From positions 12,006,243 through 12,070,242 of the forward strand of contig MU060007.1 of NCBI GenBank assembly GCA_013265495.1: 64,000 nt of DNA, given 5' to 3'. The notes below the pieces were generated by a model. It did no database searches and was not told the DNA's origin. It saw only the letters and a list, made by a program, of their open reading frames with translations. The translations under genes were made by a program, and so were the position numbers. The first letter of the stretch is position 1; the number at the start of each line of letters is the position of its first letter. The stretch is from Vicugna vicugna (Eukaryota). This document shows, one piece after another, positions 26,982 through 38,787 of this stretch.

Positions 26982-27139
26982 NNNNNNNNNNNNNNNNNNN
27001 NNNNNNNNNNNNNNNNNNNNNNNNNNNNNNNNNNNNNNNNNNNNNNNNNNNNNNNNNNNNNNNNNNNNNNNNNNNNNNNNNNNNNNNNNNNNNNNNNNNN
27101 NNNNNNNNNNNNNNNNNNNNNNNNNNNNNNNNNNNNNNN
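26982..27139. other. Assembly gap (158 N) within L1
   Basis: N run. Its length is roughly the L1 segment missing between the flanks. Confidence 0.99.
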
Positions 27140-27167
27140 TGCAACATTTATTGTTTGTAGACTTTTT

Positions 27168-27210
27168 AATTTTATTTTTAGCTTTTTTTATTGAGTTATA
27201 GTCATTTTAC
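27168..27210 (-). mobile_element. 43-bp L1 3'-tail micro-insertion inside the larger L1
   Basis: On the minus strand it reads GTAAAATGACTATAACTCAATAAAAAAAGCTAAAAATAAAATT. Perfect 16-bp TSD TGTTTGTAGACTTTTT at 27152-27167 and 27211-27226. Confidence 0.75.
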
Positions 27211-28281
27211 TGTTTGTAGACTTTTTGATGATGGTCATTCTAACTGGTGTGAGGTGGTAGCTCATTGTAGTTTTGACTTGCATTTCTCCAACAATTAATG
27301 ACTGAACATCTTTTATGTGCCTATTGTCCATCTATATGTCTTCTTTGGAGAAATGTCTTTTTAGATCTTCTGTGCATTTTTTTGATTGGGCTGTTTGTAT
27401 TTTGTTATTGAGTTGTATGAGCTGTTTATATATTTCGGAAATTAAGCCCTTGTTGGTCGCATTGCTTGAAGATATTTTCTTCTAGTCCATAGGTTGTTTT
27501 TTCATTTTATGGCGCAAAAGCCTGTAAGTTTGATTAGGTCCCATTTGTTCATTTTTGCTTTTATTTCCATTGCTGTGGGAGACTGACCTAGGAAAACATG
27601 GCTACAATTTATGTCAGAGAATGTTTTACCTTTGTTCTTTTCTAGGAGTTTTATGGTGTCATATCTTATATTTAAGTCTTACAGTTAATCCATTTTGGGT
27701 TTATTTTTGTGTATGGTGTGTGGGAGTGTACTAACTTCACTGATTTGCATACAGCTGTCCAGCTTTCCCAACACCACCTACTGAAGAGACTGTCTTTTCT
27801 CCATTATATATTCTTGCCTCCTTTGTCTAAGATTAATTGGCCATAAGTGTGTGGGTTTATTTCCGGGCTTTCTGTTCTGTTCTGTTGACTCATTTGTCTG
27901 TTTTCATGCCAATACCATGCTGTTTTGATTGCTGTAGCTCTGTAATACTGTCTGAAGTCTGGGAGGGTTATGTCTCCAGCTTTGTTCTTTTTCTTGAGTA
28001 TTACTTTGGCAATTCTGGGTCTTTTGTGGTTCCATATAAGTTTCAGGATTACTTGTTCTAGTTCTGTGGAAAAACATCCTGAGTAATTTGATATGGATCA
28101 CATTAAATCTGTAGATTGCTTTGGGTAGTATGACCATTTTAACAATATTAATTCTTTCAATCCAAGAGCATGGAATAGCTTTCCATTTCTTGAAGTCATC
28201 TTCAGTTTCCTTTATCAATGTTTTATAGTTCTCAGCATATAATTCTTTACCTCCTTGGTCAGATTTATTCCTAAGTATTTT

Positions 28282-28423
28282 ATTTATTTATTTATTTTTG
28301 TTTGGGGGGAGGTAATTATTTTTATTTACTGCTTATTTATTTCAATGGAGGCACTGAGGATTGAACCCAGTACCTCATGCATGCTAAGCACACATGCTAC
28401 CACTGAGCTATACCCCTCCCCGA
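28282..28423 (-). mobile_element. vic-1-like SINE nested in L1 ORF2
   Basis: Reverse-complement SINE head and tail. TSD CTAAGTATTTT at 28271-28281 and 28424-28434, interrupting the L1 RT region (KKI-KYLG). Confidence 0.92.
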
Positions 28424-31069
28424 CTAAGTATTTTTTTTGATGCAATTTTAAAAGGGATTTTTTTACTTTCATTTTCTGATATTTCATTGTTAGTGTAAAG
28501 AAGTGCAACGGATGTCTGTTTGTTCATCTTGTATCCTGCTACCTTGATGATCAGCTCTAGTAGTTTTTGTGTGGAGTCTTTAGGGGGTTCTATATATAGT
28601 ATGTCATCTGCATATAATGTAAGTCCTTGTAATTTGAAAGACATTTGAAGGCATAGTCCCTGCCCTCGAGTGGCTTTGAGTTTATAGGAGACCTGATAGA
28701 GACCTCTGAAGACACATGGAACACCTGGCCTCATTGTCCCGATGCGCCATGAGTGCACGGGTGTGAGGACTGCTGCCCCTGAGTGGGGAGGCTTGTGCGC
28801 AAGCCGGGAGGTGGAGACAGCCTGACAACTCTAGCCGATGTCACTGGAGACAGAAGGGCCTGTCCCTGCTGGGCCATCAGCATCTGTGGAAGTAGGAACC
28901 GCCCACTTTGTCTCCTCTCCAGGATCCACTCTGAAAGCATTTGGCTAATTACAGCTTCCATTTCTGCCTTTCATTCTTAGTTTTAGTGTATTAATTATCT
29001 GCCGTGTCAAGAGATTTCCCCTGATCCCTCTGGGCTCTCGCCCCTCTTCCTTCCAGAGGCCATTGCACCTTGCTTGTGAGGTCAGAGTCCTTCCCTGGCT
29101 TCCATTTCTCCGGTGGCACATGAAAATCAGGCAGCTTTCAACCTTCCTCTCCTCTCTGACTTACCCTCCAGTTTTTCCCTTAAGAGAAGATTATGTGATT
29201 ATATCGACCAAATCCTCCTGCCTCCGTGGCAGGTGGGTTTGAAAGGGGTGGCAAGGCAAGGAAAGGAACGAACTAGTTTTGAAAAAATTCACCGGAGCTG
29301 GAGTAAAACACTCTTTTTCTTTCCATTTCACAGTTTGGTTACATCTCTGTGAGCACTGACTAATCCTGAGAGAGACTCTCCCCTGGTGTTTGTTTCTTTT
29401 GGCAGGAGTCTAACCTTGCATATATCTTAGGTGAGCTCCTTGAAACTCAGGGGCATTTCTTTTCTATTCTCAGGACATTAATGGCTAAAAAGTCTTAGCG
29501 CCGTGACTCTAACACCCTTCACTCACCTGGACAGCCAGGCCCCCTGTCTGGTTCTGCCGGCTGCCTGCAGGTGGGAAGCTGAGGCCACTGAAGTGAGCAC
29601 CAGGCCCTGTGCTGGGGCCAGAGCTCCCGGCCTGCAGAGAACAGCATAGGAGCACAGTTCCCAGGACAGATGAGGTGCTCGGTACATAATCACTGAATGG
29701 AATAAAGCCAGTTCCTGGTATGACACCAAGTATAGAGTGAATGCTCAATAAACACGTGTTGAGATATGGATAAATTGCTGTGTTCCATGGAGGAAGTACT
29801 CCAGTCTTTATAGAGCTGGTATCGTTTGAGCCTCTGGAAAGGACTTGGGCTGGATAAAATAGGAAAGCAGCCCTAAGCAGAGAAGCAGATGTCTGATCTG
29901 AGGCCTCCAGCTGAGGAAACCAGCACTGTTTCTGTGGGAACTTGGATACTCTGACCTCGCAGAAGCTCGCAAGAGTGGAGCGGGCTGGAATTACGCAAAT
30001 CCGGGGGCTTTTCTGCCGCCTTTGGCATCAGCAGCAGCATGCACTGCTCTGTGCCAGCCGCCAGCTTCAGCAGCAGAACAGCCCAGTAATTATCTCCTGA
30101 TCAAGCGAGGCAGGGATATGTGTGGAAATCACTTTTTAGTAGCAGATATTTCTTTTGGAAAAGCCCCAGTAAGCTGTCGGTTTTCTCAAGTGTTCACAGG
30201 CTACCAGAGGACTGACAAGCCAGTTTAATCGGATTTAATACAAGAAGCATCCCCAGTGCAGAGGGAAGTACACTGTGGTAAATTGACAGCCTCAGAGCTA
30301 GAGCTCCAGCTCCGATGAAGGAGTGAGAACACTCTCCGGGAGAGCAGAGTCGTCGCGCGGGGAGGGGGACTGCGGCTTTCCCCTCCCAGGGCGCCTGCTC
30401 TTTACTCCCCCGAGGCGAGCTCGTATCTCATGGGGTAAGTACTTGTTCCGCTCTCAGAAGAGCAAACACAACCAAATAAGGATGTAGAAGTGTCCTCCTT
30501 GTGCTTGCAAACAGTCCCCCTTCTCTTGACAGTCAGGAGAAAAGATTCTGGAGTTAACATCTTAGAAGATACCAGTTCATTTAAGTCCATTGCGAGAACT
30601 TCTGGAGACGCCCTTAGAGCAGTGGGACTGCAGGTTCATCCTGGCCACAGATTCCTTCTCAGCTATCTGTGCAAACAGAAGAGACCAAACATTTTCAGTC
30701 TGTCCTATGCAAAGCTGGATGCCTGAGCAGCATCTCCCACCTTGGACTCCAACTAGATGGGACAGGGAGCTGAACTCCTCATCTCTGCAAAGGGAGCTCA
30801 GGTTGCATGATGTCTGAGGCCCAGTGGGAGCGCTAACATTCTTCATTCTGTAGTAATTATCTCCTTAATTATTTGAGTGTCTTTTCTCTAAACCTTATCC
30901 TTCTGCAGCGACCCTGTTTGGGGTGTGAGAGTGAGATACAGTGCTGCACCCACATGTGCATATCCCACAGCCGTGTCTCAGCCCGCTGCCCTCTCTCCAT
31001 CTTGTCCCTACTTAGCTCCCTCTCAAGTCTGACCATCACTGGGAGCTCCAGCTCATCCACTTACTCAGT

Positions 31070-31460
31070 AATGTTCATCAGCTCCATCCACAATGCTGAG
31101 TCAAGTGTACGGTGCACTGGTGAACACTGTAGTCACCGTGCCTGCCTTTTTTGGATCTTATCCTTTTAGAGGGAGACATAGAAACAAAGAAGTATATAAT
31201 TACAGATTGTAATATGGGTTACGAAAGATTAACAGGGGTTGATCTAATTTCACTGCAGAGGTCAAAAAAGGCTGCTCTAGAAACTAAACTTCAATTTGGA
31301 AAAAAAAAAGGCTGCTCTGAGGAATCTGAGGAAGTACTATTTGAGCTGAGACCTGGAAAGCGAGTTAACCAGGCAAAGAGTTGTGGAAAGTGCTCTAGGG
31401 AGAGCGAAGAGCAAATGCAAAGACGCCTGCAACCGGGTAGGGCCGTTTGGATGAACAGAG
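31070..31460 (-). mobile_element. L2 fragment
   Basis: GAGGAAGTACTATTTGAGCTGAGACCTGGAA...GGCAAAGAG...GAGCAAATGCAAAGAC is typical of an L2 complement. Boundaries approximate. Confidence 0.65.
31279..31303 (+). mobile_element. 25-bp L1-tail-like micro-insertion inside L2
   Basis: AGAAACTAAACTTCAATTTGGAAAA resembles the L1 terminus AACTATACTTCAAT. Perfect 15-bp TSD AAAAAAGGCTGCTCT at 31264-31278 and 31304-31318. Confidence 0.65.
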
Positions 31461-32336
31461 CTTAGCGTGTCCAGAGAATTGAAAGAAACCAGTGTGGTTG
31501 GAACAGACTGAGTAAGGGGAGTGGATGAGCCCAGAGGAGGAGTGGATTCGCTGAGATAATGCTGGCTGCTGGCACAAACCAAAACTCTGTGATAATCCAG
31601 ACAATAAAGACGTTTCTCATTCATGTAAATTACAGGACAGGTACTCCTGACCAACAGACAGCAATCTTCCCAGCAGTGTTTTAGGGACCACAGATCCTTC
31701 CATCCTTGGCTCTGCCAGTTTTAATGAGCCGCCGAGGCAGGCATGCTTGTCTGCAAGGAAGTCTGTGCACAAGAGGGTTTTCTGGGTCCAGGCCTGCCTG
31801 GGAGTTGTGCTCCCACCCCGTCCACATTCCACTGGCACATACCTAACTACAAGGAGGCCAGGAAACGTGGTGGGACTGTGATCCTTGGAAGGAGGCAGAG
31901 CAGATCATGCAGACCCTGTGGGCCGGGTTGCAGAGTTTAGGCTCCATTCCTCGAGCACCTGCGGTCCATCCATCATCACGTCTAAACCTACATGTTCGAT
32001 TGCTTATGTCACACAACGTGTCTAAACCCAATTCATCATCCCCCTCAAATAGCAGCATGTCCTCTCAGTGTTTTCTTCTTCCTTCAGCGATGCTGGTCCA
32101 GACCTAAGAGTCCTTTTCTCCTGCTCTATTGTCTGAAGACTTTCCTTCTACCTGTCAGGCTTGGTCTGTTTCAGTACTCAGCTAGCAAGGTCCTTTCATT
32201 AGGTTCTTCTGGCTCTAATACAGACGCTAATTTGCACATTTGCAATGTGGAATATCCCCTCGGTGTGACTGTTATTCCTGGCTGTGATGTTTTTGCAGTA
32301 TCAAGTCATCTGGGAAGTTTAATAATCAAGTCATAG

Positions 32337-32835
32337 TGTTACTGGAGAGTAGGTTCCTGTCTTGTCACAGAAAGAATTCAGAGACAAGACACGGGGGTCA
32401 AGAAAGTAAAGTAGGGATTTATTAAGTAATAGTACGCTCTCAGAGGGAGAGCAGGTAGACTCAGGTGAGCAACTGTGCTTAGTTTTTTTTTTTGGCAAGC
32501 TGGTTGTATGGGATGTAAAAATGAATGGGTGGAATATTCATTGAGGATGGAGGGGTTTGGGATCATATTTCCTGATTTTCATCCCAGCTCCACCTTCCTG
32601 AGGGAGGAGGGATTTTTATCTTTATTTAGTCTTGATCGGAAGTGTCATGGCACCCGTTCAAGATGGGTAGTTCTTATCTACAAGACTAATTTTATTATAG
32701 TGAGCATATAATGAGCCTCAAGGTCTACTGGAAGTGGAATCTTCCTCTGTCTTGGGTCTAGGTGGTGCTAACCAGTTTTATGTCCTATCCTCATTCTTTC
32801 AATGGTTGTGCCCTGCCCCCTTCCCTCCTGTCTCA
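32337..32835 (-). mobile_element. ERV1-class solo LTR, 499 bp, intact ends
   Basis: Minus strand TGAGACAGG...CAGTAACA with an internal AATAAA (CTTAATAAATCCC). Perfect 4-bp TSD ATAG at 32333-32336 and 32836-32839. Confidence 0.88.
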
Positions 32836-33902
32836 ATAGTGAGTGTAGAGATGAATCTTTCTAAAATGTGCCTTTCTAAAAATGTGCCTGCTCAAAATGT
32901 TACTGACTTCCAGTTACCTACTGGAAAAATGTTCTAACTTCTGTAGTTTGGGGGAACTAAACTGGCCTATCCTTTCCAAACTGTTCTTATCCTGGGCCCT
33001 CTCCAGCCAGCTGGGACGTCCATGTATCCTCCAGAGTCAAACAGACTTGGTGAATTGCTGTCTCATACTACTCCCCTCTGCCTGGGACGTCCTCTTCCTA
33101 CGCCTCCACTTCTCTGAATCCTGCGATTATTCAGTGCCAGCACTCATCCCCAAGTCTCACCTTCTCTTGGAAGCCTTCCTTTACCCCACCAACTAGAAAA
33201 TACGCTTTCGTATTGTCTGTGGAGTTCTGTAACATTCCCCAACGTCCTTTGCACAGCAGCTTGCAAATACTAAGTGCTTAGTTTGTGCTTAATTTATTTA
33301 CATTTTATCATACCACTCCTTTGGCGTTTGTCGTGTTTTGCCTTTTATGGACATTTATCCTTCCAGTTCATTCTAGACTTCAGGAGTAGAGATACTTTCC
33401 TCTATATCTAAAACAGAGCCTGGCACATCCTCAAAAAAAGAAGTGCTTAATCGATGCTTTTCTATAATTCCTGTAACACACGGTTCCCTCCACACAGCAG
33501 ATGCCCAGAACCATTCTTTTTGATTTCTTGTGGCTGTGGTCATTGTTGCTGTTGTTTGAGTATATGATCCCTTCTGAAATGTAAAGTCTTAGTCGGTTAA
33601 GGGGGGATGCTTTTTCTGGGAACTCCAGCCCCAAAGGGAGACCTTTGGGTGATATGTTTGACGGGGAGCCAATCCTGCCAGTGACTCTCTAGCTGTCTGT
33701 AGGCAGCTTCCTACTTTGTTTCTTCTGTCTGTTCAGAAGGCCAACTCTGGGTTTGTCATGGAGGGTTCAGTTACAGATATTCCCATTGTCCTGTTTACAA
33801 TGCTCCTTTCCCCTAAGAAAGAGGTCGCAGGGAGTAGAGGTATTGCCCTAGAGGTCTGTCTTTTAAATTTTCCAGTTATCAAGATTTTTCACATGAAATA
33901 GT

Positions 33903-34260
33903 ATATATCACTTATACGTGGAATCTAAAAAAATGAGGCAAGTGAACTTACTTACAAAACAGAAAGAGACTCACAGACATTGAAAACACACTTATGGTTA
34001 CTGAAAGGGGAAAAGGGTGGGGAGGGATAACTTAGGAGTTTGGGATTAACAGATACAAACTACTATATATAAAATAGATAAACAACGAGGTCCTACAGTA
34101 TAGCACAGGGAACTGTGCTCAGTATCTTGTAATAGCCTATATTGGAAAAGAATCTGAAAAAGAATATATATATGACTGAATTGCTATACACTAGAAACTG
34201 GCACAACATTGTAAATTAACTATCCTTCAATTAGGAATTTTTTTAATTAAAAAAAAAAAA
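33903..34260 (+). mobile_element. L1 3' UTR fragment with A-rich tail, sense
   Basis: ATATCACTTATACGTGGAATCTAAAAAAA...GTATAGCACAGGGAAC...CACAACATTGTAAATTAACTATCCTTCAATT plus poly-A. It is the reverse complement of the L1 ends at 26.5 and 41.9 kb. Confidence 0.9.
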
Positions 34261-37200
34261 ACAACAACCAGAAGAGAGCACCAGACCAAACGACCATATT
34301 TGCAGAATCTTCCGACTCGGGGGGGTTTTGATCACTGAAACCGTTAGAGGGAGATGAGCCCCTGGTGGTATAGCTGGCCCCTCCATTCCATTTCCAAATC
34401 TGCCTGCTTCTCAACTTTCTCATTTGAGTCAGACGGGGAATTCAGTACTGCCTTGTTTTTCTCCCCATCTTAATTGGTTTTCCATACGCAGGCTTCAGAA
34501 GTGGGGTTTTGCTGTACGTACACACCCTCCCATGTGAGGCTGACGCTAGTATCAGGGGAAAGAGAAGCAGGGAGTATTGTTTAGAGTTGAGTCCCTCGCA
34601 CCTGCTTTGGCTTCAAAAAGACGGCAACATGACTGTGAAGGAGAGAGCACCTTTCCAGACTGGGGTGGCCAGCACGGATTCAGACGATTCTGTGCGCAAT
34701 TGCATGAATTGTGTGAGGTACCCAACAGCCAGCATTCTTCAGGAGCACTTTCCGGACCATGGATGGGACAGTTAACACGGGGTTTTCCTAGAGAGGACTG
34801 AGGCGTCAGGAATCTCAGGATGTCTGTCTGTTGGACTCCATAATCAAGCTGCAAAATTCTAATCAGCATCTCCGAATCCATGAGTGTTTAAGGCAGGTGC
34901 TCTCTGGAACTGAACCTTTTCAAGTTGATGTGAAGAGTAGTTAGGACCTCTTTAACATTTCATTCTTTCTTAATCAGTCGTAGAGCAAAGACACCACCTT
35001 TGCTCACTGTCTTGAATGTGTTTGCAGTTTTCCTTGGAAAGAGAGAGTGTATTCTGGATCCCGGTTCCCGTGAGAACCTGATAGTCTCAAAATATAAAAT
35101 ATCCTCAGTTTCAACGGCACTGCTGCTGAGAACTAGACTAGTCTAGAAAGAGTTGTCTCAAATGTTTGCTTTTTTACCTTTGGCATGCAGCACCTAGTGG
35201 CCCTCATTTCAGTGATTACAGAGTTTGTGTAACATGCTTGGGTTTGGGCCGTGGCATAGCAGTGCTGTGGAGGGCTGTCCCTGCAAGACTGCCAGCCAGC
35301 TTCAGTTTTCTGCACTGTAATTGTTGCCTCTGCTGTCCCAGTTTGAGTTCCTGGGGTCAGGAAGGGCGGCATCACCAGATGCCCAGAGGGGCCAGGCCCG
35401 CCTGACAGCCATCATGGGCTGAATCCATGGGCAGGAGCCCCTTTCCAAATTAAAGATTAAATTAGCATGATTTCATCCGTATCCAAAGATGCGCTCAGCG
35501 CCTTGACGTCTTTCCTGTGCACTGGAATCTAAACCGTGCAAGACCGGAAGAGCACGGCCTTCAGCAAGGCGTCTTGGACCCCGAGGCTTTGTGGTTGGGA
35601 TTTCAGTGAATGCCATGTAGGGGGCAGGGGACTCTCTTCTTTCATCCCTGGCCAGAGAACAGACAACTCATCCTCATGCATGCTCATCATCTTAATCACA
35701 GGCTGAAGATGAATATTTTTGGTTAGTTTCCCCTTTTTTATATACACAGTGCCTATTTATAGCTATTTGCTGACGGACTACTCTACCAATTACTTGAAAA
35801 ACTTGTAGTTAGAGAGAGACAGACTAAAACTTTGAATTCAGTGGATAACCTTGGTTCTGCATTAGATTAGCCTGTCGTGGGGCAGGATCAGAATGGAGAC
35901 CGTGGTTGGCACATGGATGATGATGTCAGATCTGGAAATGATTGTCTGTTATCACGTTACTGGGAGGCTGACTAGAGAAAATACACGCTCTTCTATGTCG
36001 TATCTTTGTTATTACAAGCTCATTGGCCCCCTCATTCATGTTTCTTATGGGCATTTTATGTTCTCAGCCCAGTGAACGTGCCGTCGCCACAGCAATCCGT
36101 GACATCCTACTTGCTAAAAAGCACTCCCCCTCCCTGCTTTCTCATACTTTTCCTCTCTTTGACATGAACTGCTTTCTGCATGGAATATTTCCCCTGGCTT
36201 CTGCAGCATTCTTCTAGTCTAACTCCTCCTCAGTCTTTTGGAAGCTCCTTCCCTTTCTGCTTTGCCTTTCAAACTTCTCCAGGGCTCCATCCCCCGCTCC
36301 TTTTTCTTCCCAGTCCATATGTTTCTATCACTTTATAGACAACAGGAAGATATGGAGATCAAGCATCAAGCTTGGGAGGCCAGGACTTGGCACTGCCTAC
36401 GGAACATCAGAGAGGAGCTGTCTGGAGAAGCTCCTGCAGGCAGTCGGATATGCAGGGTTGCTCTGACTCCTGTCCCTACTCCTCAGGCCCCAGGGCTAAA
36501 GAAAGGCAGGGTGGCTCGTGGGGGCAGCTGAAAGGTGGTGGAGCCAGAGAGAGTACTTAAACTCTTGTCCATGGAGGAGGGGCGGGACATGCTGAAGCGT
36601 TGAACCTGTCTTGATGGCCAAGATGGGATGTCAGGTTCCCTGTCTACAAATGCAGGATGGAGCAGGATTGGAAGGGCAAGGTGTGAATGAGGCGAGAGGC
36701 TGGGCTCCAGCTGCGTGGTTCCTGGGTAGGTTGGTCCAGGTTAGGGACACTGGGGATTGGAGGGGCAGGAGAACGTCTGGGTGAGAGATGACTGTGGAGT
36801 CTCAGATACCCAGGGGAATGTTAAGCTTTGATGCTTGGGGAAGGAAAACATTTAAGAGATGAACAGAGAAAGATGAAAAAGCAAAGGAGGCTGGAAAACA
36901 GTATCAGATAGAAATAATAACTAACTCTGGTGGAGCAGTTTCCCTGTGCCCTGCACTCTAGTAAATGCTTTGCATGCATTTCCTCATGTAGACACTGAAA
37001 AGGAGGAAGATACCACAGGGAGAAGGGAATTTCAGGGAGAGAGACACTCCTCATCCCTGGATCATCTTTGTCACCCTTTCTTTACTGTCACAGCATCCTG
37101 TCCTTTAGGGCCCACCTCAGTGAGCACCGCCCTTCTGCATCCTCCCAGGCAGCTGGTGTCTTTGTTCACTCCACTATTTTAGAATTTCTGCTGTTTCAAC

Positions 37201-37950
37201 AAAATTATTTTATTATTACCAGCTGGACTCCAGTTTATTTGTTCTGATGATTTGGTATCTAGCATGTAGAATGATCAACAAATAAATATGTGTTTAATAG
37301 GCAAATGAATGAGCAATATAAAATAGGATATTTATTCAAGATCCATTTGAATCAAAATATGAGAAGATCTCTCATCAACCCATTACAGATATAAATGGCC
37401 TAATTCACTAGGACAGTCGTGATTTGAGGATTCACTGAATGGTGGTTTTCTGTTGGTTTGGTTTATGCTGCTCAGTTGTCACTCGTGGTTCATATCAGAC
37501 CTTAACCAAATGTTGAAGTTCCCTGTAATCCAGACACGTTCTCTGCACACTTATTATGTGCAATTCAATAATGATTAACATTTGAACTCTGTCTAGGCTG
37601 GGCAAGCCGCATCAAAGCCCTTTTTTCACTAGGACTTTTAAAATATCAAATATGGACTGAATGAGTAGGTGTTGGAGAAGCTGACTTTGTAAACCAAAAC
37701 TCATAAACCTAGATTCATTTGAAATATGTCATGTGGAGTGCATATATAAAAATTACGGGCATTTTGATTTTTCCCTGGTAGGTAATAAATAACATCTGTA
37801 ATATTCCTCCTCACCTTTTTCTGATTAGCTTTATGTCTGCCATATTTTCCCCAACACTCCTGTTTTGTGTTGTAAGGATTTCACCAGGGAGAGATAGGAT
37901 TCTAAGTAAGTAGTGTGGGTGTAACAGTAAACTTGCAGCAATCAGGTTCA

Positions 37951-37988
37951 AGTCCCGAAATGAGGGGCAGTCCCGAAATGAGGGGCAG
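37951..37988 (+). repeat. Perfect 18-bp tandem duplication AGTCCCGAAATGAGGGGC x2
   Basis: Units at 37951-37968 and 37969-37986. Confidence 0.95.
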
Positions 37989-38044
37989 GATGAGTTTGAC
38001 GAGGGCTTTTTAATGGTGGTCAGGCCTCCCTATTTTCCCTGTCT

Positions 38045-38092
38045 CCTGAGCTGCAGGAAATCTGAGCTGCAGGAAACCTGAGCTGCAGGAGA
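38045..38092 (+). repeat. 16-bp tandem repeat x3 (YCTGAGCTGCAGGARA)
   Basis: Units at 38045-38060, 38061-38076 and 38077-38092. Confidence 0.95.
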
Positions 38093-38750
38093 AAGCATCG
38101 TTACTGAAGAAAACACTTGAAAATCTGAAATAAATTAGAAGGGGAGGAAACAGACAAGTGCCATGTTCACTGGGGGTTGAAATGGTGGTATTCTTCCAAA
38201 AACCAAGTAGGGAAGAGTGAACATTAATCTGTAGCAGGCATCATTCCTTGGCTGAAATTTTTTTAATGCCTTAAAAATTAAATATTTAATTACATAATTC
38301 AGATTTTGCTCTGCCTCTATATTAATAAATGATAAATTTATTCAGAATGTCCTGAAATGATTCCATAATTAGATTAGGTCTGTTGAATATTTGTTCATTC
38401 TTAAATGTGAGGAAGATTAAATGAAAGTTATGTGGGAGTTGTTAGGTTAAACTATACAAATTTGTGTATCTACCTCCATACCCAATCCCATACTATTCCA
38501 GAATGTTTTGGGGGGCACTTGAATGTTTGAGATTTGATTTTGTCTGCTTGTTTTTTTTTTTAAAGCCTGAACATCTCTTACATTTTTATGGTCAGGGAAG
38601 CCTTAGTTTGTATTTAAGTGTAAGTTATCTAAAAGTAAAGGAAATACTGCAAATTACTTCTGTAGCAATCAGTGAAAATGATCAAACAGCTTAAGGCAGT
38701 TTATATTGTGATAAAATAAAGTATTTAATTACAAAACACACACATACCAG

Positions 38751-38753
<3 letters not shown>

Positions 38754-38785
<32 letters not shown>
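38754..38785 (+). repeat. (AC)16 microsatellite
   Basis: Uninterrupted AC dinucleotide run, with a shorter AC run just upstream. Confidence 0.95.

Positions 38786-38787
<2 letters not shown>

Larger units (their letters stand above)
26471..28619 (-). mobile_element. 5'-truncated L1 (RT to 3' UTR), antisense, about 2.1 kb
   Basis: ORF2 remnants LYADDILYIEPPKDSTQKLLEL and [40 protein letters not shown](A/T)GTAATTT, 15/16, at 26455-26470 and 28620-28635. It splits an L2 fragment and contains an N gap. Confidence 0.95.

Noticed and set aside
37951-38092. Repeats superficially resembling a CRISPR array
   Set aside because: Mammalian DNA, and the units are directly tandem with no spacers.
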